Virus record (IMG/VR): IMGVR_UViG_3300047095_000535
Coordinates: 1-64,000 of that record
DNA from: a virus
Length of the DNA: 64,000 nt
Direction: 5' to 3' (one strand)
The position numbers and the translations under genes are program-made. The notes below the pieces were generated by a model. It searched no databases. It was not told the DNA's origin and was given only the letters and a program-made list of their open reading frames with translations. Positions 21,547-31,914 of the stretch are shown piece by piece; position 1 is the stretch's first letter, and the number at the start of each line of letters is the position of its first letter.

Positions 21547-21876
21547 TTATTGTAGAGATAATCCTTTCTTGATTTTAACCATCGGACCCGACAGACCCAT
21601 TGTCATGTAACAATCGTTTCCAGAGTTCTTATAATTCTTGTAAACCTTACCAGCTTGGAATTTCAAGCCTAGTTTCGGCAATATCCTATCTAGCTGTACT
21701 CCTTGGTACATTCCCGGTAGAATATTCTCTTCCCGGTCTCCTTTGGTATATAGTTGTTTCTTATCAGGACCGACTATATTAGGATTTCGACCATTGTCCG
21801 CGTAGATGGACGGAGTTGGGGTACCATCCGCAAGATTATGTCTATATTCAAGGAAGAACTGTAAGAAAGGTTTCAC
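21547..21876 (-). CDS. Small late protein, candidate internal head protein
   Basis: N-terminus MKPFLQFFLE; TAAATA 7 nt upstream. Confidence 0.55.
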   Translation of the reverse strand: MKPFLQFFLEYRHNLADGTPTPSIYADNGRNPNIVGPDKKQLYTKGDREENILPGMYQGVQLDRILPKLGLKFQAGKVYKNYKNSGNDCYMTMGLSGPMVKIKKGLSLQ

Positions 21877-21891
21877 TAATAACTATTTAAC

Positions 21892-21922
21892 GAAAAAGCC
21901 CATCGGGACACGACGGGCTTTT
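21892..21922 (-). terminator. Rho-independent terminator
   Basis: Minus strand AAAAGCCCGTCG-TGTCC-CGATGGGC-TTTTT, downstream of 21947..22909. Confidence 0.75.
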
Positions 21923-21946
21923 CTAAATTAGTTGTTATCGGATGAA

Positions 21947-22909
21947 TTACCGAATGAATTCTTGTCCTTTACCTTTAATGGTTGATTTAACCTTGTTATC
22001 GGTTCCCATGTCGGGTTTCTTGCCGCTTGTAATGGCATGACCGTAGTCACCGTCATCACCAACATCATCAGTTACGGCTGAAGAGGCTTTTTTCTTATGG
22101 GGGACCACTTTTCCGCCGACTTTGTTGCTTTTCGCTTGAAAAACCTTTTTCTTGTCGGGGGCAACGGCAGTACCTTGAACTTCTTCGTCTTCGTCAAAGT
22201 TGAATTCGTCGCCGCCTTCTTCTCCACCAAGGTCGCCTTCGTCGTCGAAGGACAGATCGTCACCTTCTTCACCAAAACCTTCTTCGTCTCCTCCTAATGC
22301 GCCTTGGAGAACATCTACAAGGGCTTGGGCGGTGGCGCGATCAAGCGTGAACGTTACGGAATCTTCTTCTCCACCAAATTCATCGTCTCCGAGACCTTCG
22401 TCTAGATCAGAATCCGGGGTAGCGTCATCCAAACCAAGGGCGTCGAGATCTTCTCCTTCATTTTCCTGACCGAAGTTTTCTCTGAGAACCTTACTATATA
22501 GCTTATCAAAACTTGATTTACTCATGAAGTTATTTAGTATTTTTTTAGAAACTTTTTTACTTTCTTTCAATTCTTCGTCTTCTTCCGCTTCTTCTCCAGA
22601 CCTGAGATCACATTCTCTTTTCAGTTTTTTACGGGTTTCTGTGGATACGGTTGGGTCTTTGGACTTTTTATCCATCTCGGCGGTTTTCTTATTCCTCTTA
22701 CTTACTGGGAGATACTTGGAAACGTCCTCCGCATCTTCCTCGTCCACGATCTTATTATACCCGTCCGTTTTTTCAGCGCCAGTCCCATTGGTTCCTTTTG
22801 CCTTTGGTTCCTCGAAGGGTTTTTGTGTGGATTCATTGATATTTCGTTTTACATCATTCAACATGGTACCGTAAATATCGCCAATTGAAACTCTGTCTGT
22901 TTGCTTCAT
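21947..22909 (-). CDS. Highly acidic late protein, candidate prohead core/scaffold-associated protein
   Basis: Long D/E/G tracts flanked by K-rich segments; start moved to ATG 22909, 5 nt after TAAATA. Confidence 0.5.
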   Translation of the reverse strand: MKQTDRVSIGDIYGTMLNDVKRNINESTQKPFEEPKAKGTNGTGAEKTDGYNKIVDEEDAEDVSKYLPVSKRNKKTAEMDKKSKDPTVSTETRKKLKRECDLRSGEEAEEDEELKESKKVSKKILNNFMSKSSFDKLYSKVLRENFGQENEGEDLDALGLDDATPDSDLDEGLGDDEFGGEEDSVTFTLDRATAQALVDVLQGALGGDEEGFGEEGDDLSFDDEGDLGGEEGGDEFNFDEDEEVQGTAVAPDKKKVFQAKSNKVGGKVVPHKKKASSAVTDDVGDDGDYGHAITSGKKPDMGTDNKVKSTIKGKGQEFIR

Positions 22910-22940
22910 GTTTATATTTAGCATTAAATAGCATTATATT
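22910..22940. promoter_or_regulatory. Back-to-back late-type TAAATA promoters
   Basis: TATTTA 22915-22920 and TAAATA 22925-22930. Confidence 0.6.
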
Positions 22941-24761
22941 ATGGCAGGAAGAGGTAGACCCAAGAAAACAGTTGACGATATAAAGCTCAGTCGGAAGGAA
23001 ATGTACTTAGGAAATCCTGATTTACCTTCAATTGAAGCTAAGTTCGCGTTTACTCCTGAAATGGAGGAGGAAATTATCAAATGTAAAAATGACATATTAT
23101 ATTTTGCGGAAACGTACTTCTACATCATTACAGACGAGGGAAAAGAGGTAATTCCCCTATTTGATTACCAGAAGAGGCTAATAGAAGCTTTCAAGAACAA
23201 TCGGTTTAATATAATACTAAGTTCGCGCCAATCAGGTAAAACAACCATGTTATCCATTCTAGCCTTACATGAGGCGTGTTTCAATGAGTATAAAAACATA
23301 GTTATCGTTGCAAATAAGGAAGACACCGCCAAAATGATATTCAAACGGGTAAAGTTGGCGTATGAAGCTTTGCCGGTATGGTTAAAGCCTGCGGTTAAAA
23401 CATGGGGGCAAACCAGCTTGGAACTTGCGAATGGTAGTTATATAGGTATTTCCACCACAACCGGGTCTGCTGCCCGGGGGCATACCATCCACGCACTTTT
23501 GCTTGATGAGCTAGCCCACATCGAACCAGACTCCATTGTTGAAGACTTCATGAGGTCTGTTCTACCAACCATTTCCAGATCGAAAAAATCAAAAATCCTT
23601 ATAACCTCTACTCCCAAAGGTAAGAATAATGTGTTTTATCGGATGTATACCGCCGCTACCAAGGAAGGAACCAAAGAATGGAATGGAATACACCCGGAGG
23701 TCGTTCATTGGTCGGAAATACCGGATCGTGATGAGGCATGGAGACAGGTGGAAATCGCTAGAATGGGGTCAACAGAGGCATTCGAGCAAGAGTTTGGATG
23801 CGTTTTCATGGACGATGGTTCTTCTGCCATTGATACAGAGTTATTTGAAGAACTTAAGAAGTTTTGTTGTGAGCCTAAACATAGTTTTGAAGACGGCCAT
23901 TATAAGATATGGGAAGAACCCGATCCATCCAGAGTGTATGTAGCGGGGGTTGATGTGTCCGAAGGGGTGAACCAAGATGCGTCCGTTATACAAATCTTGG
24001 ATATAACCGATCTGCGAGAGATTACACAAGTGGCCGAGTATCATAATAATACGATTGCTCCTGCGGAGTTCGCCAATAAGCTTTACGAAATATTATGTAA
24101 TTGGGGGAAACCGCTGGTTCTAATCGAGCGTAATAATCAAGGGGGACAGGTCTGTGATAGGCTTGTACTAGACCTTGGATACGAGAAGGTGGTATCGTGG
24201 GGAGCTAAAAAGTCCCATCGGATGAATATCATGTATGGTATCATATCCCACACTAATACGAAATACACGGCGGTATTGAACGAGAGATACTTCATCAACG
24301 AAATCCGTGCGGTTAAGTTTAGAAGCTTACAGACGTTGAATGAGTTTAAAACCTTTATCAGATATCCAAATGGTACTTGGAAAGCGAAAGGCGGGGACCA
24401 TGATGACAGGGTTATGGCGTTTTTATGGGCGTTGATGATACTATACACTGAAATTACCCAATTATACTTCGAAATTGTTAAAGTGGATGACTTTGGAAAA
24501 CCATTGATCTTGGAGGTTATGGACTGGGGGACTAAGATGTTCGAAAACCCCACTTCCATATATACAAACGAGCAAGTAGATAGTATCGAAAACTCCATGT
24601 TGAACCCAATGAGCTTCGGCGCGTTCGAGGAAGGGGAAGATGAAGTATCGGGATTACTGGCGGAAGGATGGGTGTTTGTGAATGGGAGTATGCCTTATAT
24701 ACATCCAGATCGAAACATGACTAGGGAATCGTACGATATTATGAATAAGTGGTTTAAATGA
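22941..24761 (+). CDS. terL: Terminase large subunit (T4 gp17-like)
   Basis: LFDYQ, SRQSGKTT, LLLDELAHI, ITSTPKG, FEQEFGC, GVDVSEG and HDDRVMA motifs. Confidence 0.95.
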   Translation: MAGRGRPKKTVDDIKLSRKEMYLGNPDLPSIEAKFAFTPEMEEEIIKCKNDILYFAETYFYIITDEGKEVIPLFDYQKRLIEAFKNNRFNIILSSRQSGKTTMLSILALHEACFNEYKNIVIVANKEDTAKMIFKRVKLAYEALPVWLKPAVKTWGQTSLELANGSYIGISTTTGSAARGHTIHALLLDELAHIEPDSIVEDFMRSVLPTISRSKKSKILITSTPKGKNNVFYRMYTAATKEGTKEWNGIHPEVVHWSEIPDRDEAWRQVEIARMGSTEAFEQEFGCVFMDDGSSAIDTELFEELKKFCCEPKHSFEDGHYKIWEEPDPSRVYVAGVDVSEGVNQDASVIQILDITDLREITQVAEYHNNTIAPAEFANKLYEILCNWGKPLVLIERNNQGGQVCDRLVLDLGYEKVVSWGAKKSHRMNIMYGIISHTNTKYTAVLNERYFINEIRAVKFRSLQTLNEFKTFIRYPNGTWKAKGGDHDDRVMAFLWALMILYTEITQLYFEIVKVDDFGKPLILEVMDWGTKMFENPTSIYTNEQVDSIENSMLNPMSFGAFEEGEDEVSGLLAEGWVFVNGSMPYIHPDRNMTRESYDIMNKWFK

Positions 24762-24810
24762 ACACCCATTATAATAGGATAATATATTTTTTTGAAGTAA
24801 CCACATGTTA

Positions 24811-25014
24811 TCAGACATTGTTTTCTGGAATCAGCTTCTGCCCTTCTTCTGAAGAGAGAAAATCAATAATCGCCCTATCTAGGTTATCTCCAGTACAGTT
24901 AGCCGTATTATAGGTTATACTTCTTCTTCCTACCGAAACAGTCACCTCGTCATCGGGATTTAGTGTTTTTTCATAGTCTGTTAAGATTTCTGATATTGTT
25001 CGGTTATCGTTCAT
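24811..25014 (-). CDS. Hypothetical protein
   Basis: 67-aa ORF overlapping its upstream neighbour by ATGA. Confidence 0.5.
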   Translation of the reverse strand: MNDNRTISEILTDYEKTLNPDDEVTVSVGRRSITYNTANCTGDNLDRAIIDFLSSEEGQKLIPENNV

Positions 25015-25256
25015 AATGGTGGAGTTACGTTCACTTTCATCCCTCTAGTCTTGTTGAAGGAGTCATAGATAGCATCTTCTACTTTAATTTTATCACTATC
25101 TGGTACCTTAGATATCATTCCGCCTACTATGACATTCAATATACCTACTACCTTTGTAAGAGACATGTCAGCATTATTGACGATTCTAAAGGTTATATAT
25201 CCATTCGGGGTCTCCCCAATCTCGATAATTGGAGTTATGTCTTGTTGTGTTATCAT
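25011..25256 (-). CDS. Hypothetical protein
   Basis: 81-aa ORF with TAAATA boxes at 25266-25278. Confidence 0.5.
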   Translation of the reverse strand: MITQQDITPIIEIGETPNGYITFRIVNNADMSLTKVVGILNVIVGGMISKVPDSDKIKVEDAIYDSFNKTRGMKVNVTPPL

Positions 25257-25340
25257 AATTACTTTTATTTAATATTTAAGTCTTCTGGGCCAGCCCATCA
25301 GATGGAACTCTATGAAGGCTTTGAAGTTGCTCATACGGAT

Positions 25341-25368
25341 ATGATAGGGCATGGATTGGAAATGTCAA
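25341..25368 (-). promoter_or_regulatory. Sigma70-type promoter TTGACA-N16-TATCAT
   Basis: ATG 6 nt after the -10 element opens a 21-codon ORF (25334-25269). Confidence 0.6.
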
Positions 25369-25392
25369 GAGGGGGATTTAAAAAATAGTGGA

Positions 25393-25405
25393 GGGGGGGG
25401 GGGGG
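25393..25405 (+). repeat. G13 homopolymer tract
   Basis: 13 consecutive G in a divergent intergenic region. Confidence 0.8.
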
Positions 25406-25457
25406 TATTTGAAAATGGGGCCGGTTGAAAATTACCAACATATTAAATAGTCATATA

Positions 25458-26039
25458 GTGAACACCACAGTCCAAAGTTATTTAAACAAGGCCCGCGAAG
25501 ACAAGTTCTTACTTGTTTTCGACGTTCCACCTATTCTAAAGTCCACTATTAGTGAGTACATTCGGGATAATGAGCATATCAACCCGAATAGCGTCCAATT
25601 CAGCATATTTGGCAGCATCGTTCCTCAGATTACGGTAAAAGGAGTGGAAGCTAGATACGCGGGGTCCACTTTATACGTCTCGTCCCACTCCAAAGACAGC
25701 TACCCTCCGGTAAACGTGAAGTTTGTAATAGACTCCATGTACGACAACTGGTGGGTCATATATCAGTGGTTGAACCTCCTACATGACCAGAAAACCGGGA
25801 CTTATAACGCCAATAACATCCCGGTTGATAAGAATTTCAATGATTATATGACAAATATGACCATTTATGGGCTGGATGAGTATGGGAAGAAGCGTATGAA
25901 GTTCACATATATAAAAGCGTTCCCTACTTCTCTGGATGAGATAGTTTTCAACCAAAAAGCCGACGCGGGGAAGGAAATTGAAAGCGGATTTACGTTTCTC
26001 TACAGCCAGCTTCATACTGAAAGACTATTGGAAGTATAA
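25458..26039 (+). CDS. Tail completion/tube terminator gp3-like
   Basis: VKFVIDSMYDNWWVIYQWL and FTYIKAFPTSLDEIVF tube-fold motifs; start GTG 25458 after TAAATA 25444-25449. Confidence 0.7.
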   Translation: MNTTVQSYLNKAREDKFLLVFDVPPILKSTISEYIRDNEHINPNSVQFSIFGSIVPQITVKGVEARYAGSTLYVSSHSKDSYPPVNVKFVIDSMYDNWWVIYQWLNLLHDQKTGTYNANNIPVDKNFNDYMTNMTIYGLDEYGKKRMKFTYIKAFPTSLDEIVFNQKADAGKEIESGFTFLYSQLHTERLLEV

Positions 26040-26098
26040 TATTTCTCTTTTCTCTCTCCATACTTTATTTTTTTGGATGGAAAAGATTAAATAGAAGT

Positions 26099-28480
26099 AT
26101 GGCAATTAGAACAATCCAATCCCCGAACGTCGAGATACGCGAACGTGATTTATCCCTTATCGCACCACAAAACGTCGGTACCAACGTGTTTATTACGGGG
26201 TATACCTCTCAAGGTCCGATGGACGAGGTGTTACAAATCTCCTCTAAAGACGAGCTGGAAGGCATTTATGGCATTCCAACTAATAGTGCGGAGAGATACT
26301 TTTATCACGGAGTTAAGGAACTTTTAACTTCACCAGCAACCATCTATACATATAGACTGCCCTACGGCCCAGGAACCGGAGATGGATTCGGAAGTAATTA
26401 CTCCGCTTTGGTGTATCCGGTCAATTTTGTGACTACCACAGTCGCAAACTCCTTATCGCTGGTCTCTTCAACACTATCAAGTACCGCTATCAACGATTTA
26501 TCTGCGGCGGTTACTACAGACCTTGACCAACTGTCCGGAACATATGTTCTAGGAAATCCGGTACACCTTACACTGACGGAGAGTCAGTATAACCAAGCTC
26601 AACAAGGAATCAATTGGCAGTCCACCGCTCTAAATGCGGCCAACCTATCTTCCATAAACCAGATGGGTTATTCCGGGGTGATCATACTGAACAAGGCCCA
26701 GACCATTATCAACAGCCAGTTCGAAGGATTTTATGTTGGTATCATGGATAACTCCAATATCAACCCTGCTACCAACTTTACCACTATTTTAGGAGCGAAA
26801 ACCGTTAGCGTATCTGCGACTACGGCGGCTACCACTTATACCACGATTCCTAATGGAACCTTGGAATTCGGTCTATCTTCCAACTACCTGACTGGACCTA
26901 AGAACAGTATTTCCCAAGTTATGGAAAACCTTACCGACTATAACATCGACGGTAGGGAAGATGACGATCTGTTAAACGTTGGAGTATTTAAACTTCGTAA
27001 GAGTCTGTTCGCTACTGAAGCGTATAAACTGGATTACGTGGTGGACGGTGCGATTGTGGGATCTATCGACTCCTACCGCAAGCGTCTGAATCCTACCGGA
27101 GGACCGCAAGTATCCTTCTTCTTGGAGAGTGAGGACACTAATGACCGTAACGTGGAGATTTTAGTCAACCCATACATTTCCAACATCTACGGCAGAACCG
27201 CAGTTGACGCCAACGGTATTCCTCAAAAGAAAGTCCGGGTGCTGACCAATGCGCTATATTCTAGTGTAAGCGCACTTAGTACTATAGCATCCCTTTCCGC
27301 CACCAACAAATACGGTGTTCTTTATCCTCAACTGTCATATCTAGTGGCGAACTTGGGATACGCTGATAACCTGTATCCTCTTGGAGCGTTTAGTGACGCG
27401 CAAGTTAAGCAAAAGGATCTTGGGTCTATCCCAAGCAAAGTTGAACGTGCCTTGGACACCATCCGCAATGATGAGATTTATGACATAGATGTGGTTGTGG
27501 AAGCAGGGTTAGGAACCATTTATGCTTCAACTAAAGGCAGCAACCTATCATACTACGACGATACGGAAGCGTTTAACGCGCTTAGTTCACTTAGAACTTC
27601 CAACCCGCTAGACGAAACTGGTCTGGGCGTGCGGGCCAATTATAGCACGATTTTCAACCTGTTTGAAAACTTCTGTAACCTTCCTAGTAATACCGGGGGA
27701 CGTGGAGACTGTATGTTCATAGCCGACCCGATCCGTCATATTATGATCTCTGGAAAAAACACCCGCTATCTGTCTGACAGAAGCAAGAACTTCCAAACCG
27801 ATATCTTCTGGGCGATGAGACACCAGTTCGAACTTGAGAATACTTCATACGCGGCCATGTATGCAAACTGGGCGCAAACATATGATGAATACTTGGGTGA
27901 TAAGATCTGGGTACCGTTCTCATCCGTGGCGGCAGCGTCCTTCGCAAGAAATGATGCGGCAGAATTCCCATGGTCCGCTCCTGCTGGATATACCAGAGGA
28001 TTGGTAAGTGGTAACGTGATTGACATCGCGGTAACTCCTAATCAGAAACAACGGGACGAGTTGTATAAGACCAACTTCAACCCTGTGTTGTTCTCCCCCT
28101 CACAAGGTATAGCGATCTTCGGTCAAAAAACCCTTAGCAGAAAACCAAGCGCATTCGACAGGATCAACGTCCGTAGATTGTTCTTGGCTCTGGAAAGACC
28201 GACCAAAAAGGCAGCCATCTTCTACGTATTCGAACCTAACAACGAATACACTAGAACACGGTTTGTCAACACTCTTACGCCTTTGTTTGAGTATGCGAAA
28301 CAAAACGGTGGTCTGTATGATTACCTGATTGTCTGTGACGAGCGCAATAACACTCCTCAAGTTATAGATTCTAACGAACTTGTGGCTGATATATATATCA
28401 AACCAACCAGAACAGCAGAGTTCATAATTTGTCAGTTCACAGCAACACGCACGGACGCTAACTTTTTGGAGCTAGTCTAA
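26099..28480 (+). CDS. Tail sheath protein (gp18-like)
   Basis: SPNVEIRERDLS, PWSAPAGYTRG, QRDELY, GQKTL...AFDRINVRRLF, FEPNN, IYIKPTRTAEFI. Confidence 0.95.
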   Translation: MAIRTIQSPNVEIRERDLSLIAPQNVGTNVFITGYTSQGPMDEVLQISSKDELEGIYGIPTNSAERYFYHGVKELLTSPATIYTYRLPYGPGTGDGFGSNYSALVYPVNFVTTTVANSLSLVSSTLSSTAINDLSAAVTTDLDQLSGTYVLGNPVHLTLTESQYNQAQQGINWQSTALNAANLSSINQMGYSGVIILNKAQTIINSQFEGFYVGIMDNSNINPATNFTTILGAKTVSVSATTAATTYTTIPNGTLEFGLSSNYLTGPKNSISQVMENLTDYNIDGREDDDLLNVGVFKLRKSLFATEAYKLDYVVDGAIVGSIDSYRKRLNPTGGPQVSFFLESEDTNDRNVEILVNPYISNIYGRTAVDANGIPQKKVRVLTNALYSSVSALSTIASLSATNKYGVLYPQLSYLVANLGYADNLYPLGAFSDAQVKQKDLGSIPSKVERALDTIRNDEIYDIDVVVEAGLGTIYASTKGSNLSYYDDTEAFNALSSLRTSNPLDETGLGVRANYSTIFNLFENFCNLPSNTGGRGDCMFIADPIRHIMISGKNTRYLSDRSKNFQTDIFWAMRHQFELENTSYAAMYANWAQTYDEYLGDKIWVPFSSVAAASFARNDAAEFPWSAPAGYTRGLVSGNVIDIAVTPNQKQRDELYKTNFNPVLFSPSQGIAIFGQKTLSRKPSAFDRINVRRLFLALERPTKKAAIFYVFEPNNEYTRTRFVNTLTPLFEYAKQNGGLYDYLIVCDERNNTPQVIDSNELVADIYIKPTRTAEFIICQFTATRTDANFLELV

Positions 28481-28494
28481 GCGGTTCATAAGTC

Positions 28495-28526
28495 AAAAAA
28501 AGGGGAGCATTTCTGCTCCCCTTTTT
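28495..28526. terminator. Bidirectional Rho-independent terminator
   Basis: A-tract, GGGGAGCA-TTTC-TGCTCCCC hairpin, T-tract, lying between convergent genes. Confidence 0.88.
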
Positions 28527-28535
28527 CGTTGTAAA

Positions 28536-29870
28536 TTATCTAGGTCTGGACAGGATCGAACACGGCCCTTGTAGGAAAGACAACAGGATGTCTCCTAAAT
28601 CTTGGGCGGTTCCGAGGTTCCCATCAGGAGTCGAGAACACTATCTTTATAATACCTAGACGGGCGTTTATAGAGACCCCTTGAAAAAACTCATTGTTCCA
28701 TACCAGATGGTCGTAGAATCCATGTTGTTTGGCGATTTTAGCGAACTCTGGATCTTTCCACATTTGAGGATTGTTTTTCGGGTTAAACGACCTAACCGGA
28801 CTCTTTATGGCATGTTTTATACTACTGTCTGTGATGAGCCAGTACACTCCTCCATACAACTGGAACGTATTATCCTCTTTGTCCACATCATAGCTATAGT
28901 ATATATGGACGTTGTTTCTGTTGGCGCGGGACACCGCCTGCAATGCCTCGTTTTTAAGGTTGTCCATTGCGTACACTTCTTCCCGTATCTTATCTTCTAC
29001 ATCAGTGACTTTCTGCAACCCTTCGGCATTATGTGGATCAGGGTAGACGTTATTGGCTAGCTTAAACCCACTTCTGTTCTTGACTTTACTATTGAAGTTC
29101 TTCACCGCCCATTTTTTACAGAAGTTGGTAAACTCCATCATTGCCGCCCCGTACGGCTTTGCCACCCCGTACCCAAGTTCCCCCTCCATGTTGCGTAACG
29201 GTTTCAGGGTTATTCTAGATACAGGTTTTCGTAAATCCACTTTACCGTTCGGTCTTACTTCAGAAGAAGGTATTAGGTATGCCACCAATGTCCCCTCGTT
29301 GACTTCAGCAGGTAGGGTACAGGAGTTGTTGCCTTCCTTACGGTATTTCAGGTCAACACAGGATGTCCATGACCGTCCGGTTGACATGCCATATATATCA
29401 TACGGGTGTCGGGATATTACAATGCTGGTTTTATTGTCTTGTACATGGCGTATGGGGTCGGTTTTAAATAAATGGGTGTACTTTGGGCGATCCTTGGACT
29501 CCTCGTTTCTTCCCATAATAGATACCATGGGCTGTTTCAATTTTTCAAGGATTCGACCAATTTTATATATATTCTTATCTCCGGGTTTTTTACATATCCC
29601 GTCAATATAAGCTTTTACGTTAGGAATATCATACCCGTGTTGCTCTATGAAATTGGAAATCTGGTTGTATGAGCTGGTCATGTCCGATACCACATTGGAG
29701 AACGCGGCTTCAAAATCAAAGTTGAAATCGTATACTAGACGGTCCTTGTTTCCAAACACTTCGTTTATTTCCGGTATTTTATAAGCATTACTCTTGGTAC
29801 GGGTCATTTGTTTCTCTTTGGCCAAGTTTAGATCTATCGCTTCTTGGAAAAAATTTGTGAACGGCTCCAT
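28536..29870 (-). CDS. Hypothetical late protein, candidate internal/ejected protein
   Basis: N-terminus MEPFTNFFQE; ISRHPYDIYGMSTGRSWTSC block; TAAATA 6 nt upstream; sits between sheath and tube genes. Confidence 0.55.
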   Translation of the reverse strand: MEPFTNFFQEAIDLNLAKEKQMTRTKSNAYKIPEINEVFGNKDRLVYDFNFDFEAAFSNVVSDMTSSYNQISNFIEQHGYDIPNVKAYIDGICKKPGDKNIYKIGRILEKLKQPMVSIMGRNEESKDRPKYTHLFKTDPIRHVQDNKTSIVISRHPYDIYGMSTGRSWTSCVDLKYRKEGNNSCTLPAEVNEGTLVAYLIPSSEVRPNGKVDLRKPVSRITLKPLRNMEGELGYGVAKPYGAAMMEFTNFCKKWAVKNFNSKVKNRSGFKLANNVYPDPHNAEGLQKVTDVEDKIREEVYAMDNLKNEALQAVSRANRNNVHIYYSYDVDKEDNTFQLYGGVYWLITDSSIKHAIKSPVRSFNPKNNPQMWKDPEFAKIAKQHGFYDHLVWNNEFFQGVSINARLGIIKIVFSTPDGNLGTAQDLGDILLSFLQGPCSILSRPR

Positions 29871-29935
29871 GGATACTATTTAACGGTTTTTGATACCTAT
29901 TGAGCTAAAACATACATTAAATGGTAAATACTAAC

Positions 29936-30499
29936 ATGCCAGTCGATATCAACAACTTTTTCAATGTAGCATCCCAGAAGCAATTTTCAAGAGACTTCTT
30001 CATGCGTATCAAACAAATCACCGTTCCGGGGATGTCTCTTAACGGAGAAACAGACCTAGTGTTCGCCAAAACTGCTAAACTACCCGGGCGGGATATTGAG
30101 GACAAGACCGTAAATTACTCTGGTCAAGTCTTCCATGTGAATGGTAGAGCAGTGTACCCCGGATCAGAGTCATATAGCATCGAGTTTTATATGGATCAGG
30201 AGTTGGATTTACGCACCAAGCTTGAAAAAGCTTCTAGGTTGACCTTTAATAACGAAACCACGACAGGTAACATGTGTATGCCCGGACCAGAAAGCGTAAT
30301 GGTAGTCGATGTTTTAGCACTTCCATGTGGAATTGGCAACCAAGCAGGTACAGGATTCCAAGTGGTCAAAGAGATCAAGTTCGTAGGGGTTTCCATTAGA
30401 TCCATCGGAGAAGTGGAGTACGCTATTGCCGATGGTACAGGTGAAATCAAGACTCTAAACGCGACGTTCTCCTACCACTGGTACGAAGATTTCAGCTAA
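29936..30499 (+). CDS. Tail tube protein (gp19-like)
   Basis: KTAKLPGR, YSIEFYMD, IKFVGVSIRSIGEVEY, ATFSYHWY; start ATG 29936, 5 nt after TAAATA. Confidence 0.8.
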   Translation: MPVDINNFFNVASQKQFSRDFFMRIKQITVPGMSLNGETDLVFAKTAKLPGRDIEDKTVNYSGQVFHVNGRAVYPGSESYSIEFYMDQELDLRTKLEKASRLTFNNETTTGNMCMPGPESVMVVDVLALPCGIGNQAGTGFQVVKEIKFVGVSIRSIGEVEYAIADGTGEIKTLNATFSYHWYEDFS

Positions 30500-30517
30500 T
30501 TGTATCCCCTCTTTCTC

Positions 30518-30548
30518 AATCCGGTTGTCGAAAGATGACCGGATTTTT
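30518..30548 (+). terminator. Rho-independent terminator
   Basis: AATCCGGTTGTC-GAAA-GATGACCGGATT followed by T-tract. Confidence 0.85.
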
Positions 30549-30579
30549 GTATTATATAACAGAGGCTCTAAATATTTGT

Positions 30580-31179
30580 GTGTCAGTGAGTATCGATGAG
30601 TTCTTTTCAGCGTTTTCCCAAGATAATAGGTTTTTCCTACATCTGCCTGTTTTATGGGGAGTGACCATTGACGGGGTGACGAAAGACGCCATCAACTCCG
30701 TTCTACAAGACGCGGATGAAAAATGGGTCGCTAAATCAGACCCTTCCAATTACACGAAAAGTGGTAATATCCTAGTCGCGCAAGAAGTCTCGCTGCCTAA
30801 TGAAACTTCCGAGTTTACTACACTGGAGTCAGGATCAGGTATGGGTGGGTATTTTCCGGGGTATGGACTAAATGCTCGTTCTAACTTTCTAAATCGGAGT
30901 ACGTCGGTCAACTTCCTACAGACGGAAGATGATATTGTCCATAACTTCTTCCGACCATGGATGATCGCAGTTGGTATAAAGGGATTGGTGGAGTACGGCC
31001 CCACCCTGAAATCTACGATGATAGTCAGGCAGTATAAGAACGATGGGGAGTTTATAAGAGGATTCCGGTTTCGTAAAGCCTTTCCAACCGCAGTTGAACC
31101 GTTTACTCTGAATTATGACAACACGGACTTTAAGATACAGTCAGTTACGTTTGCGTGTACCAACTACGAACAGTTATGA
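30580..31179 (+). CDS. Baseplate tube initiator gp54-like (tube-fold paralogue)
   Basis: AQEVSLPNE, VNFLQTE..FFRPWM, FRFRKAFPT, VTFAC; GTG 30580 is 5 nt after TAAATA. Confidence 0.6.
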   Translation: MSVSIDEFFSAFSQDNRFFLHLPVLWGVTIDGVTKDAINSVLQDADEKWVAKSDPSNYTKSGNILVAQEVSLPNETSEFTTLESGSGMGGYFPGYGLNARSNFLNRSTSVNFLQTEDDIVHNFFRPWMIAVGIKGLVEYGPTLKSTMIVRQYKNDGEFIRGFRFRKAFPTAVEPFTLNYDNTDFKIQSVTFACTNYEQL

Positions 31180-31883
31180 ATACCATTACATTTGGTAAGT
31201 TGCGGGAACTTACAATCGCTGATAATAAAAAGCAATCGCAGGTATTGGTGGACTATTTCAACACTTTTGAAGGAGATAACACTTTTGAAAAGTTTAAGTC
31301 TATTTTAACTGCTTGGGAGAATGATGTATCATATACGATAACACTCAACATCAATAATATTCCTACTAAAATATCTTTATCTTATATATTATCAGAATTA
31401 CCATCAACACTTAATAATGAGATTGTAATACAGAACACAGACATGAAATTAGTACTTGACATTCCCCAAAGGTATGTTAGTACTAATGATATAATTCCTA
31501 TTTACGATATTATAAAATACATAAATCTATATGGTGTTTCTATAAATCTGATAAATCTATCTTTATACGAAAAAAGTACTATTATCAACAATCTACCCGC
31601 CTATTCATACAATCTTATAATGAATAGTATATTAAACGACACCACGAAGGTCGTTTCATTCAATAATCCCCTTCTAGAGTCGTGTAAGTTCAACTTTTTA
31701 ACGAACAACCCATATTTGTTTTTAAAGGGGATATTTTCCAGATACACGGAAGACTATTTCAGAGATACTATCTATTTATTATCCAAGAAGATCGACGGGC
31801 AGCTATTACTGGATAGCACTTTACAGGACATTGAGTATTATATAAATAGGTTCACGGAAGAAATGAACGCCGGGACCAATTGA
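31176..31883 (+). CDS. Baseplate hub assembly-associated protein (gp26/gp51-like position)
   Basis: AT-rich ORF between the gp54-like and gp26-like genes; ATGA overlap. Confidence 0.45.
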   Translation: MNTITFGKLRELTIADNKKQSQVLVDYFNTFEGDNTFEKFKSILTAWENDVSYTITLNINNIPTKISLSYILSELPSTLNNEIVIQNTDMKLVLDIPQRYVSTNDIIPIYDIIKYINLYGVSINLINLSLYEKSTIINNLPAYSYNLIMNSILNDTTKVVSFNNPLLESCKFNFLTNNPYLFLKGIFSRYTEDYFRDTIYLLSKKIDGQLLLDSTLQDIEYYINRFTEEMNAGTN

Positions 31884-31914
31884 CAAATGGCAATCGTGTG
31901 CTTAAATAGTGGGC

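Noticed and set aside
22941-28480. Inteins or introns in terminase or sheath
   Set aside because: Motifs are contiguous, lengths are ordinary, and no intein splice motifs or embedded endonuclease were seen.
31880-31908. TTGACA at 31880 as a sigma70 promoter
   Set aside because: No good -10 hexamer lies at 16-18 bp, and the TAAATA late box explains the downstream start.
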